From: Caldilineales bacterium
GTDB taxonomy: Bacteria > Chloroflexota > Anaerolineae > JAAEKA01
Length of the DNA stretch: 64,000 nucleotides
Assembly (NCBI GenBank): GCA_025055015.1
Contig: JANWYQ010000131.1
Span: 1,856 to 65,855 of the forward strand
Direction: 5' to 3'
Part shown: in pieces, positions 19,740-29,893 of the stretch
How positions within the stretch are numbered: the stretch's first letter is position 1
Layout of the letters: every line of letters starts with the position of its first letter
Made by a program: the position numbers and the translations under genes
The notes under the pieces: model-generated
What the model was told of the DNA's origin: nothing
The model's input: the letters and a program-made list of their open reading frames with translations, nothing else
Database searches by the model: none

Positions 19740-20537
19740 ATGGCCGAGCACCACGAACGCAGCTACACCGCCATCACCGAGATGCCGGGAAGCCTGGTCA
19801 CCGAGGAGCAGCGGGCCCGACTGCGCCACCGCTATGCCTTGGCGCGGAGCCACGCAGCCGGCCGCCGGGTGCTGGAGGTGGCCTGCGGCGCCGGCCTCGG
19901 CTTGGCCGCCGTGCGGGAGACGGCCGCCTGGCTGGTGGGCGGGGACTACACCACAGATGCCCTGGACGCGGCCCAGGCGCACTACCGGGGCGCGGTGCCC
20001 CTGGTGCGCCTGGACGCGCAGCGGCTGCCCTTCGCCGACGGCTCCTTCGACCTGGTCCTGTGCTTCGAGGCGATCTATTACTTCCCCCGGCCGATCGAGT
20101 TTCTGGCGGAGTGCCACCGGGTGTTGGCGGCCGACGGCCTGCTGCTGATCGGCAGCGAGAACAAGGCGTGGCCGCACTTTGTCCCCGGCCCCCTGAGCGT
20201 GGCCTACTACGCCACGGCGGAGCTGGCGGCCCTGCTGGCCCAGGCGGGGTTCGTCGCCGTGGAGGCGCTGGGCGCCTTTCCGGTGGAGCACCTGTCGCCG
20301 CGGCAGCGGGCGCGGGCCTGGCTGCGCCGCGGGGTCATGGCCACCGGCCTGTTCCGGCGCTGGCCGTGGGCGCGGGAGCGGCTGAAGCCCCTGGTCTACC
20401 GAGACCTACAGCCGCTGAGCTACGACCTGGCCCAGCAGCCATGGGGGCCGTTGCCTGTTCATCCCCTGGACCCCCAGGCCGACAACCGCGAGTTCAAGGT
20501 GATCTACGCGCTGGCGCGGCGCGGGCCGCGCTGCTAG
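19740..20537 (+). CDS. class I SAM-dependent methyltransferase
   Basis: VLEVACGAGLG motif I and DLVLCFEAIYY motif. Confidence 0.7.
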   Translation: MAEHHERSYTAITEMPGSLVTEEQRARLRHRYALARSHAAGRRVLEVACGAGLGLAAVRETAAWLVGGDYTTDALDAAQAHYRGAVPLVRLDAQRLPFADGSFDLVLCFEAIYYFPRPIEFLAECHRVLAADGLLLIGSENKAWPHFVPGPLSVAYYATAELAALLAQAGFVAVEALGAFPVEHLSPRQRARAWLRRGVMATGLFRRWPWARERLKPLVYRDLQPLSYDLAQQPWGPLPVHPLDPQADNREFKVIYALARRGPRC

Positions 20538-20767
20538 GGGCGCGCACCCCGCGAAGTTGACCTACCGCAGCGACACCCCGGCCCTGTGGGGTGAGAAACG
20601 TGGCCGCGAAGGCGCGAAGGTGAGCGCGAAGGCGCGAAGCGCTGGAATGGGTACGATCTCAAATCGTTCCGGGCAACGGAGCGGACGCCTTTGCGGTCCT
20701 GGAGATCCTTCGTCGGGTGTGGATCTCACACCGGATGGTCGCGCAGCGCCACGTAGCCGCGCCCGCG

Positions 20768-21742
20768 TCAGCGACCTTTCTCCCGCAGCCGGTGCTCCAG
20801 CTCCCGGATCTGCTCGCTCTGGCTGACGATGAGCTCGGCGATGAAGCCCACCAGGATCAGCAACAACCCGGCCAGGGCCAGGATGCCGGCGGCGATGAAG
20901 ATGGGGCGCTTTTGGGTCTGGGCGGCGAGCCACAGGCCCAGCAGGAAGGCGAAGGTAACGAAGGAGACGCCCAGGCTGATCAACCCGAGGCCGCCGAAGA
21001 AGCGCATGGGCGCCTGGCTGAAGGTGAGCAGGAAGCGCACCACCAACACGTCCAGGAAGGAGATGGGGATGCGGCCGATGCCGAACTTGGAGCGGCCGGC
21101 GCGGCGGCGATACCAGTTGGTGGGCACCTCGCCGATGCGGAAGCCCTGGTAGGCCGCAATGTGCAGGATGAAGCGGTGCCAGTCGGAGCGCAGGGGGGGC
21201 AGCTCCTCGATCACCTCCCGGCGAAAGGCCTTGATCCAGTTCATGTCGTGCACGGGCACGTCGAACAGCAGGCGGGAGACCCGGTTGTAGATGGCCGAGG
21301 CGAAGACCTTGCCCTCCTTGCGGTTCTGCCGCCAGCCGGCCACCACGTCGTAGCCCTCGTCCAGCTTGGCCAGCAGCTTGGGGATGTCCTCCTCCGGGTC
21401 GGACTCCAGGTCGGCGGGCAGGAAGACGATCACGTCGCCCTGCACGTGGCGGAAGCCGGTGCGCAGCGCAGCGGTGAGCCCCAGGTTGCGGCGGTGGCGC
21501 ACCAGGCGCAGGAAAGGATAGCGATCGGCCAGGCTGGCGGCCCGGTCGCCGGTGCCGTCGGTGGAGCCGTCGTCCACCAGCACCAGCTCGCAGGCGGTGC
21601 CCTGGGCCATCAGGGGCCGGAAGGCGCGGTCCACCTTCTCCAGCAGCAGGGGGATGTTGTCCGCCTCGTCCCGCGCGGGGATCAAGACGGAGAGGAGGCG
21701 CGTCGAGGGGGGCGCGGCGGCGGAGGTCGGCAAGTCGCTCAT
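20768..21742 (-). CDS. polyprenyl-phosphate glycosyltransferase, GT2 (ArnC/GtrB-like)
   Basis: PADLESDPEEDIPKLLAKLDEGYDVVAGWRQNR matches ArnC [32 protein letters not shown]. Two C-terminal TM helices. Confidence 0.8.
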   Translation of the reverse strand: MSDLPTSAAAPPSTRLLSVLIPARDEADNIPLLLEKVDRAFRPLMAQGTACELVLVDDGSTDGTGDRAASLADRYPFLRLVRHRRNLGLTAALRTGFRHVQGDVIVFLPADLESDPEEDIPKLLAKLDEGYDVVAGWRQNRKEGKVFASAIYNRVSRLLFDVPVHDMNWIKAFRREVIEELPPLRSDWHRFILHIAAYQGFRIGEVPTNWYRRRAGRSKFGIGRIPISFLDVLVVRFLLTFSQAPMRFFGGLGLISLGVSFVTFAFLLGLWLAAQTQKRPIFIAAGILALAGLLLILVGFIAELIVSQSEQIRELEHRLREKGR

Positions 21743-21749
21743 GGCCGGA

Positions 21750-23825
21750 TCACCAGGGCTCCCACGGCGCGCCTACGGCGTCCACGATGAAGGCGTAGAC
21801 CTCGGCCTCCTCGCGCAGGCGGTCGTAGCGGCCGGAGTGGCCGCTGTGGCCGGACTGCATGTTGGTCAGCAGCAGGAGGGGAAGGTCGTCGGTCTTGTGG
21901 GCGCGCAGCTTCGCCACCCACTTGGCCGGGTCCCAGTAGGGCACCTGCAGGTCGTTGAGGCCGGCCTTGGCCAGGATGGCGGGATAGGCCTGGGCGGTCA
22001 CGTTCTCGTAGGGGGAGTAGGAGAGCATGTAGTCGAAGGCCTGCGGGTCGTCGGGGTGGCCCCACTGCTCCCACTCCACCACGGTCAGGGGCAGCTCCGG
22101 CATCAGCATGGCGGTGATGACGTTGGTGAAGGGCACCTCGGCCACCACCGCGCGGAAGAGGTCGGGCCGCAGGTTGGTGACGGCGCCCATGAGCAGGCCG
22201 CCGGCGCTGCGCCCCCGGATGGCTAGCCGCCGGGGCGAGGTGTAGCCCTGGGCGATCAGGTGCTCGGCGCAGGCGATGAAGTCGGTGAAGGTGTTCTTCT
22301 TGTGCATCAGCCGGCCCTGCTCGTACCAGCGCCGCCCCATCTCGCTGCCGCCCCGCACGTGGGCGATGGCGAAGACGAACCCGCGGTCCAGCAGGCTGAG
22401 CCGGTCGCTGTTGAAGCCGGGGTCGGTGCTGGCCCCGTAGGCGCCGTAGGCGTAGAGCAGCAGCGGCCGGCTGCCGTCCAGGGTGATCCCCTCGGCGCTG
22501 TCGTCCTTGCGGAAGACCAGGGAGATGGGCACCTGGGCGCCGTCGGGGGCCGTGGCGAAGAGCCGCCGGCTTTCGTAGCGGGTGGGGTCGTAGCCGCTGG
22601 GGATCACCTGCTGCTTGCGCACCGTCCACTCGCCGGTGACCACGTTGTAGTCCACGGTGGAGCGGGGCGTGACCAGGGAGCTGTACTCGAAGCGCAGCTC
22701 GTCGGTGTTGTACTCGTGGTTGCCCTCGTACAGGCTGACGGTGTAGGTGGGCTCGGGGAAGGGCACGTAGCGCACGTTGGACACGCCGTCGGGGTCGGAG
22801 ATGCGCAGGCGGCGCAGGCCGTCGAAGCGCTCCACCAGCACCAGGTGGCTGCGGAAGGCCATGACCGAGCTGAGCAGGGTGTCCTCGCGGTGCGGCACCA
22901 CCAGCCGCCAGTTGGCCTTGGCGGGGTCTGCCACCGGCGCCTCCATCAGCTTGAAGTTCTCCGCGTCCTCGTTGGTGCGGATCAGGAAGCGGTCCTCGTG
23001 GTGCTCGACGTAGTACTCCATCCAGTGCTGGCGGGGATGGACAACGCGGAACTCGTCGGTGGGGCGGTCCGCCGGCAGGTAGTGCACCTCGGTGGTGGAG
23101 TGGCTCTGCAGCGTCATCAAGAGGAAGGCGCCGCTGCGGGTGCGCTCGATCTCCACGGTGTAGGCGTCGTCCGGCTCGTGGTACACCAGCACGTCGTGGG
23201 CCGGGTCGTCGCCGACGGTGTGGCGGAAGAGCCGGTAGGCGCGGTGGGCGTCGTCGAAGACGGTGTAGAACAGGGTGCGGCTGTCGTTGGCCCACGCCAC
23301 CGACCAGGCCACCCTGGGGATGGGGCCGTCCACCACCTCTCCGGTGCGCAGGTCCTTGACGTACAGGTCGTACACGTAGGCGCCGGTGGTGTCTACCGCG
23401 TAGGCCAGCAGGGTGTGGTCGGGGCTCGGCTCGAAGAGGTCGACGCGGCAGTAGGCGTGGCCCTCGGCCAGGGCGTTCTCGTCTAGCAGCAGCTCCTCCG
23501 GCGCCACCAGGCTGCCCTGCTTGCGGCAGAACTGGCGGTACTGCTGGCCCGGCTCCATGCGCCAGTAGTACAAGAACTCCCCGCGGCGCTCCGGCGCGCT
23601 GCTGTCCTCCTCCTGGATGCGGCCCCGCAGCTCCTGGTAGATCCGCTCCTGCAGAGGGGCTAGGTGTTGCATGGCCGCCCGCGCGTAGGCGTTCTCCGCC
23701 TCCAGGTACGCGATCACCTCTGGGTCGTCCTTGTTCTGCAGCCAGGCGTACTCGTCCACGAAGGTGCGGCCGTGCTTCTCGAAGGGATGGGGTATGCGCT
23801 TGGCGATGGGTGGGGCAAGAGACAT
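21750..23825 (-). CDS. ptrB: oligopeptidase B (protease II), S9 prolyl oligopeptidase family
   Basis: N-terminal beta-propeller plus C-terminal GRSAGGLL nucleophile motif. Full-length similarity to PtrB. Confidence 0.85.
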   Translation of the reverse strand: MSLAPPIAKRIPHPFEKHGRTFVDEYAWLQNKDDPEVIAYLEAENAYARAAMQHLAPLQERIYQELRGRIQEEDSSAPERRGEFLYYWRMEPGQQYRQFCRKQGSLVAPEELLLDENALAEGHAYCRVDLFEPSPDHTLLAYAVDTTGAYVYDLYVKDLRTGEVVDGPIPRVAWSVAWANDSRTLFYTVFDDAHRAYRLFRHTVGDDPAHDVLVYHEPDDAYTVEIERTRSGAFLLMTLQSHSTTEVHYLPADRPTDEFRVVHPRQHWMEYYVEHHEDRFLIRTNEDAENFKLMEAPVADPAKANWRLVVPHREDTLLSSVMAFRSHLVLVERFDGLRRLRISDPDGVSNVRYVPFPEPTYTVSLYEGNHEYNTDELRFEYSSLVTPRSTVDYNVVTGEWTVRKQQVIPSGYDPTRYESRRLFATAPDGAQVPISLVFRKDDSAEGITLDGSRPLLLYAYGAYGASTDPGFNSDRLSLLDRGFVFAIAHVRGGSEMGRRWYEQGRLMHKKNTFTDFIACAEHLIAQGYTSPRRLAIRGRSAGGLLMGAVTNLRPDLFRAVVAEVPFTNVITAMLMPELPLTVVEWEQWGHPDDPQAFDYMLSYSPYENVTAQAYPAILAKAGLNDLQVPYWDPAKWVAKLRAHKTDDLPLLLLTNMQSGHSGHSGRYDRLREEAEVYAFIVDAVGAPWEPW

Positions 23826-23864
23826 CGTGCGCTCCTGAACAAGCGATGAGAGACCACCCTGAGC

Positions 23865-23892
23865 TTATAGCACGGCCTCCCCACTTTGTCAA
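23865..23892 (-). promoter_or_regulatory. sigma70-type promoter for ptrB and the GT2 gene
   Basis: Minus strand reads TTGACA-17nt-TATAAG, about 30 nt before AGGAG and ATG 23825. Confidence 0.5.
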
Positions 23893-24111
23893 CGCCTGGG
23901 AACCTTTCGACGAGAGGGGCAGCTGGTTGCGCTGGTCTCCCGGGGCCGGGCAGCGCCGATCAACGACCGGGGCGGGCCGGCCGTCCGGTCGAAGCGATCA
24001 GGGCACGGCTCCTCGCCGCCGAAGGTGGCGCGAAGGCGCCCCGCCGCGGCCTCTCGAAACGCCCTGTGGGCGAGAGGTCTTGCCTCCCCATCGCAGTGCT
24101 CTGCCGCGGCT

Positions 24112-25224
24112 TCAGTGCAACGCCTCCCGCAGGGCAGAAACGACGCGGTCCTGTTGTTCCTCGGTCATCTCCGGGAAGAGGGGCAAGGAGAGCACCTGGC
24201 CGGCCGCGGCCTCGGCCACGGGGAACTGGCCCGGCTGGTGCCCCAGGAAGCGATAGGCGGGCTGCAGGTGGAGGGGCAGGGGATAGTGTACGCCGGCGCC
24301 GATCCCGCGCTGCTGCAGGTGGGCCAACACCTGGTCGCGGCGGGGCGTGCGCACGACGTAGAGGTGGAACACCGGCGTGACGTGGGCGGGCGCCGAGGGC
24401 AGGGCCAGGTCGGTGTCGGCCAGGAGCTGGCTGTAGCGCGCCGCCAGGCGGCGGCGGGCTGCGTTGGCGGCGTCCAGGTGGGGCAGCTTGGCGGAGAGGA
24501 TGGCCGCCTGCAGCGCGTCCAGGCGATGCCCGAAGCCCACCTCCTCGTGGACGTACTTGCTGGTGCGGCCGTGGTCCCGCAGGCGACGGACGCGGTCGGC
24601 CAGGGCCGCGTCGTTGGTCACCACCGCGCCGCCGTCGCCGTAGCAGCCCAGGTTCTTGCCGGGGAAGAAGCTGAAGCAAGCGGCGTCGGCCAGGCTGCCC
24701 ACGCGGCGGCCGCGGTGCTCTGCGCCGTGGGCCTGAGCCGCGTCCTCGATCAGCCGGAGGCCGTGCCGGCGGGCCACTGCAGCCAGGCCGTCCATGTCCG
24801 CCGGCTGGCCGTAGAGGTGGACGGGCAGGATGGCCCGGGTGCGGGGGGTGACGGCCGCCTCCACCGCGGCCGGGTCGAGGTTGTAGGTGGCGGGGTCAAT
24901 GTCGGCGAAGACCGGCGTAGCCCCCACGGCCGAGATGGCCTCGGCGGTGGCGATGAAGGTGAAGGGAGTGGTAATGACCTCGTCGCCCGGCCCGATGCCC
25001 AAGGCGCGCAGGGTCAGCTCCAGCGCCGCCGTGCCGGAGCTCACGCCGACCGCGTGCTCGGCCTGGCAGTAGGCGGCAAAGGCCGCCTCGAAGGCCCGCA
25101 CCTCCGGACCCAGGATGAAGCTGGCGTTGGCAATGACGCGCGCGATGGCCGCATCAATCTCCGGCTTGAGCGCCGCGTACTGCGCCTTCAGGTCAACCAG
25201 GGGAATGGGCGACAGATCAGGCAT
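24112..25224 (-). CDS. DegT/DnrJ/EryC1/StrS family sugar aminotransferase (second paralog)
   Basis: Same family signatures as 12473..13582. Overlaps the upstream ATPase gene by 8 nt. Confidence 0.85.
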   Translation of the reverse strand: MPDLSPIPLVDLKAQYAALKPEIDAAIARVIANASFILGPEVRAFEAAFAAYCQAEHAVGVSSGTAALELTLRALGIGPGDEVITTPFTFIATAEAISAVGATPVFADIDPATYNLDPAAVEAAVTPRTRAILPVHLYGQPADMDGLAAVARRHGLRLIEDAAQAHGAEHRGRRVGSLADAACFSFFPGKNLGCYGDGGAVVTNDAALADRVRRLRDHGRTSKYVHEEVGFGHRLDALQAAILSAKLPHLDAANAARRRLAARYSQLLADTDLALPSAPAHVTPVFHLYVVRTPRRDQVLAHLQQRGIGAGVHYPLPLHLQPAYRFLGHQPGQFPVAEAAAGQVLSLPLFPEMTEEQQDRVVSALREALH

Positions 25225-26620
25225 CGGTCTGCGCTCCTGACGTGATGAAGTCCAGCCGCTCCTCCAGGCGCTCGATCTCCGCCTTGGTGCGGTTGATGTC
25301 GTTGATCAGGTCCACGGGCACGCGCACGCCGTAGGCCGCGCGCTGCAGCTCCAGCTCGCGCAGGTTGGTGCGCTGGATGCGCAGCATCTCGGTCACGTAG
25401 CGCCTCTCCTCCTCCCGGCCCGCGTTGATCATCTGCTGGGTGGCGTCGTCCGGCACGTCGCTGGCGTGGGCCTGTTCCAACAGCTGCTCGTAGTTCTGCT
25501 CCAGCCAGCGGCGCAGGAACTCGTTGGCAGGGGCCAGGCCCTGGGGCGTGATGCGCAGCTTGCCCAGCCGCTCCTGGCTGTAGACGAAGTCCTGCACGGC
25601 CGCGGGCGGCAGGCCGGTGTCTTGGCTGATGGCGGCGACGTCCCGGTGGCCGGCGACGATGGACAGCAGCACCTGTCGTTCGCCGGGGCTGAGCCAGCGG
25701 TAGTCGTTGTCGAAGTAGTCAGCCAAGGTGGAGTCCAGGTAGAGGTCCTCCGGCTGCAAGGGCTTCAGCTCGCCGCTTTCCAAGAACAGCCGGCTGCACA
25801 GCACCTGCAGCAGGTAGGGGTGGTTGCCGGTGGCCTCCATGATCTGGCGCACCTGCTCGTCGCTGACCTGCACGGGGACAGGATCCTGGGTCTGGCGGAT
25901 CAGGGCGGCGGCCGACTCGTCGTCCAGGCCGGTGAGGTTGCGCAGGCTGAAGCCGAACAGGAAGGGCGACGTGGGCCAGTCTCGGGTGAGCAGGTTCAGT
26001 CGGCTGACGACCTTGGTGCCCGTCAGCACCACGCGCAAGCCGCCAGCGCTGAGCAGCACGCGGCGCAGGCGCGCGAGAGACCTGGGGTCCGTTTCGGCCA
26101 GGTTCAGCAGCGCCTCGGCCTCGTCCACCAGCAGCAACAGGCGCTTGTCCGCCTCCCGCAGCATGGCGCGCAACAGACGCAGCACCAGGGGCGCGTCCGC
26201 CTGGTCGCGGTAGAGCTTGTGCAGCTCCACGCCGATGCTGGTGAAGCGCCGCTTCTCGTCCTCGACGCTGTAGAGCAGCTCGTTGGTCATGTCCTCCATC
26301 GTCTCGCTGCCCTGCAGGTCCCAGAAAAGGGGCACGTAGGTGGCGCCGTCGGCGGTGAGGTACTCCAGCTGGCGCAGGAGGGATGTCTTGCCCATGCGCC
26401 GGTTGCCTATCACCAGGACGGCGTCGTTGTCGCTTTCGAGGATGTGGGCCAGCAGCGCGTGGCGACCGTAGTGCTCACGGCCGCTGACCCATCCGCCGGT
26501 CTTGTAGGGGTTTCGCACGGTGGTTGACTTCCTTGCTAGGGATGGAGCCCGTCGGGCGGCTCTTGGGCGCACGGCGCGAGCGCCGCTAGCTGCCCTGGCC
26601 GGCGGACGGCTCCGATCCAT
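25217..26620 (-). CDS. soluble AAA_35-like P-loop NTPase with C-terminal HTH and coiled-coil
   Basis: NPYKTGGWVSGREHYGR...VLVIGNRRMGKTSLL Walker A, LLLVDEAE Walker B, C-terminal SPGERQVLLSIVAGHRDVAAISQDTGL helix-turn-helix. Paralogous to the cytoplasmic half of 26586..29893. The AAA_35 family name is from memory. Confidence 0.7.
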   Translation of the reverse strand: MDRSRPPARAASGARAVRPRAARRAPSLARKSTTVRNPYKTGGWVSGREHYGRHALLAHILESDNDAVLVIGNRRMGKTSLLRQLEYLTADGATYVPLFWDLQGSETMEDMTNELLYSVEDEKRRFTSIGVELHKLYRDQADAPLVLRLLRAMLREADKRLLLLVDEAEALLNLAETDPRSLARLRRVLLSAGGLRVVLTGTKVVSRLNLLTRDWPTSPFLFGFSLRNLTGLDDESAAALIRQTQDPVPVQVSDEQVRQIMEATGNHPYLLQVLCSRLFLESGELKPLQPEDLYLDSTLADYFDNDYRWLSPGERQVLLSIVAGHRDVAAISQDTGLPPAAVQDFVYSQERLGKLRITPQGLAPANEFLRRWLEQNYEQLLEQAHASDVPDDATQQMINAGREEERRYVTEMLRIQRTNLRELELQRAAYGVRVPVDLINDINRTKAEIERLEERLDFITSGAQTDA

Positions 26621-29600
26621 CGGGCTGTGATGTCCGCGCGTTGGTCACGATCTCCAGGGCCTTCTGCGCGTCTCTCAGGGTCACGCGCGTCCGGCCCGCC
26701 GCTAACATCTGGTTCACGGCCTCCAGGCAGTGCTGCTGAATGTAGTAGGGGCGCCCTTCCGACGCCCGCAGGATCAGATCCACGGCAGCCGGCTCATAGG
26801 TATACACGCCCCGCACCGGCTCCAGGATCAGCTGACGGGCCGCCTGTTCGTCCAGCGGCCCCAGCCGGATCTCGGTGAACAGGTTGTACCAGGGGCTCTC
26901 CAGCCGGTCCCACTGCTTGCTGATGTTAAGACCGGCCACCACCATGCCCAGGTTCCGGGCGAAGGTCCGCATGAAGACCCGGCGAAGCTGCTGGTGGAGG
27001 GCCTGGTCGTAGGTGTTCATCACGTCTACCTCGTCCAGCAGCAGGATGATGCGCACCTGGCGATCGCTGGCGCCCTGCAGCGCTTCCACGATCCGGCTGA
27101 TGTCGTGGCTGAAGTCTCGGTCGGAGTAGGTGTCGGCGGCCTCGCCGTGGAAGCGCAGCTCCAACCCCTGGGCCGCGGGGGGCAGCGCGGCCAGGATCTC
27201 CTCCATCAACAGGTGGAAGAACTCCTGCTCCGGCGTCCCCTCCAGGTCCACGTACACGGGGATGAACCAGTACTCCGGGTCCTTCGTCTCCCGCAGGTAG
27301 CGCAGGAGCTGGTAGAGCAGGCTGGTCTTGCCGATGCGCCGCTCGCCCTGGATCATGACGTTGTTCTCGTGCAGGATGTTGGCGATGCGGGCCAGGGTCT
27401 CTTGCCGTCCAAAGAACATGTCGCTGGTCTGGATAGGATCGCCGGAGACGTAGGGGTTGAAGCGTCGCCGCACGGCCTCTCGGCGCCGCCGTCGGCTGCG
27501 AGCGGCGGTGGCAACCGCGGCGCCGCCGCCGGCCACGGTCGCCGCCAGCAGGACGCCCAGGGCCCCTGCCGTGCCCTGCGCCACCCGGCCGAAGAGGGGC
27601 AACACCACGCTGGGCCTCACCTGCACGGCCATGCGGGCAGGCGCTGACCCGCGCAGGCTGGTGCTCCAGGCCTCGACCTCGAAGGTGAACTCGCCAGGGG
27701 GCAACCCGGGGTAGATCGCCTGGCGGTCCGCTGTGATGCGCCAGCCGTCTCCGGTGGCCGCGCCGTTCAACCGTGTTCGATAGAGCATGTCGTTGGCCGG
27801 GGTCAGCAGGTCGTAGCCGGCGTAGGTGATCACCATGGGCTCGCCCGACAGGACCTCGACCTGGTGAGCCGACGGCTTCTGGCCGTTCACGGCGGTGATC
27901 TCCACCCGCGGGGAGCCGGCGAAGGGCACATGGCGGTTGAGGCCTAGCCGCGTGCCCACCCACAGCTCGCCCCGGTTGCCGGCGGCCAGGGCGGTAACCT
28001 CGTTGTCCAGCAGGCCGTCGCTGCGGGTGTAGGCGCGGCGCAGGCCGGTGGCGGGATCGAGGCGGGTCAGGCCGGCGGTGGTGCCCCACCAAAGGCCCTG
28101 ACCCGGCGCGGCCAGGAGGGCGTTGATGGGCGCCGCAGCTGCGGTGGCCGTTTCCCACCGCTCGGTCGTCGGATCGAACCGATAGATCAGGCCGCGCTGC
28201 GTGCCTGCCCAGACCCCGGCGCCGGGCCGTCCGGCGGGCATCTCCGCCAGGCTGAGCACCTGGGCGTCCTCCAGTCCGGCGGCGCGGTCGAAGGTCCGCC
28301 ACCGGCTCTCGCCGGGATCCAGCCGAGCCAGGCCGCCGCGGGTTCCTACCCACAGCCGGCCCAGGCTGTCCTCCAACAGCGCGCCCTGGTTGACCTCGTC
28401 GCTGGGCAGGCCGTCGGCGACGGTGAAGGAGGTCCAGGTGTTGTCCTGGGGCGTGAAGCGCAGGACACCCTGGTCGAAGGTGCCGAACCAAAGGCTGCCG
28501 TCCCGTGATCGCAGGGCGGCGCGAGGCACCGGCGCGCGGGGAGTTGCCGTATCCACAGCCTCCCACCGCAGCGTGGGCGGCTGGACCTCGGCCCCCAGGG
28601 GAAGCCGTGCCCGGAACAGCCCCTGGGACGCTGTGCCCAGCCATAGGTAGCCGTCCCGGTCCTCCACCAGCGTGCGCACGTAGTCCTCGGGGAGCCCGTG
28701 GCTTTCCTGCGAGAAGCGCGCCAGCCGCTGGCCGTCGAACCACAACAAGCCCGCCCCCTCGGTGCCCACCCACAGCGCGCCGGAGGAGTCGACCAGGAGG
28801 GTCACCACCTCCAGCCCGGCCGGCAGGTCGGGAGAGGCGAAGGTGCGCCACGAGCGCGCGTCGAAGCGGCTGACGCCCACCACGGTGCCCAGCCACACCA
28901 GGCCGTTGTGGTCCATGGCGACGGCGCCCACGGCGTTGGCGTTGAGGCCGTCCAGCGTGGTGAGGGTGCGCCAATAGCCCTCGCCCCAGAAGGGGGAAAG
29001 GCCGTTGCGGTTGAACACGCTCACGCCCGCGCCGTCGGTGCCGATCCAGAGGTTGCCCTCGTCGTCCTGGCCGAGGGCCAGCACGTCGTTGGAGGCGATC
29101 CCCTCGGCGGCGTTGCCGGTGATCGGCCGCGGGAAGTGGGCCCAGTCCTCGCCGTTGAAGCTCCAGAGGCCGTCGCCCAGGGTGCCCACCCAGAGGGTCT
29201 CGGGCCACTGCGGGGTCGGCGGCGTCACCAGCAGCGCCTGCACCCGCCCCGATCCTCGATAGCCCGGCGCCGGCTCCGGCCGACCGCCGAAGGGGTCCAG
29301 GCGATACAGGGTATTGCCGCCCAGCCAGACCGCGCCCCGCCCGTCCACGGCGATGGCGGTGATGGTGTCGGCCAGGGAGGCAGCGTGGTCGCCGGCCACC
29401 GGGCGCCACTCGTCGGCCGTCCAGTAGCCCACCACGCCGTCGCCGCCCACCCAGACCACGTTGCCTGTCGCGTGCAGCGCCCACACGGGCCCGGCCTCCG
29501 GCTTCGGCAGCCGCTCGAACTGGCGTCTCTGCCCCGGCGCCGGCGAGGCGGCGCGCGCCAGGCCGTTGGCGGTTCCGACCCACAGCGCGCCGTCGGCGGT

Positions 29601-29893
29601 CTGGGCCAGGGCGTAGACCGGGCCAGGGGGCAGCCCGTCCTGGGCGGTGTAGCTGCTCCAGGCGCCGTCGAAGTGGCTCAGGCCGCTGCGAGTGCCAAAC
29701 CAGACGCTGCCGTCGGGCTCGACCACGATGCTGCGCACGTTGCCGCCCGGCAGCTCCTCGGTGAAGGAGGTCCAGCCCACCCCGCCGGCGCCCTGCGCCC
29801 GGCCCGTCCAGGCACGGGGAAGACAGACCATGCCCAGGCTGGCCAGGGCGGCGGCGAGGAGCGCTAACTGCCAGGGCCGCAGGCGAGGCTGGG
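26586..29893 (-). CDS. transmembrane sensor: signal peptide + about 11-14 Reg_prop propeller blades + Y_Y_Y domain + TM helix + cytoplasmic AAA_35-like NTPase-HTH
   Basis: Repeated xLWVGTxxGLxRFD blades. EFTFEVEAWS-type Y_Y_Y region. Hydrophobic segment followed by RSRRRRR. FNPYVSGDPIQTSDMFFGRQE...IQGERRIGKTSLL Walker A, ILLLDEVD Walker B. The ORF runs to 29969, but the likely start is the GTG near 29893, which gives a canonical signal peptide. Confidence 0.75.

Noticed and set aside
24049-24076. CCTCTCG-N14-CGAGAGG hairpin downstream of the DegT gene as a terminator
   Set aside because: There is no U-tract on the relevant (minus) strand, so intrinsic termination is not supported. The ptrB promoter further downstream is better supported.
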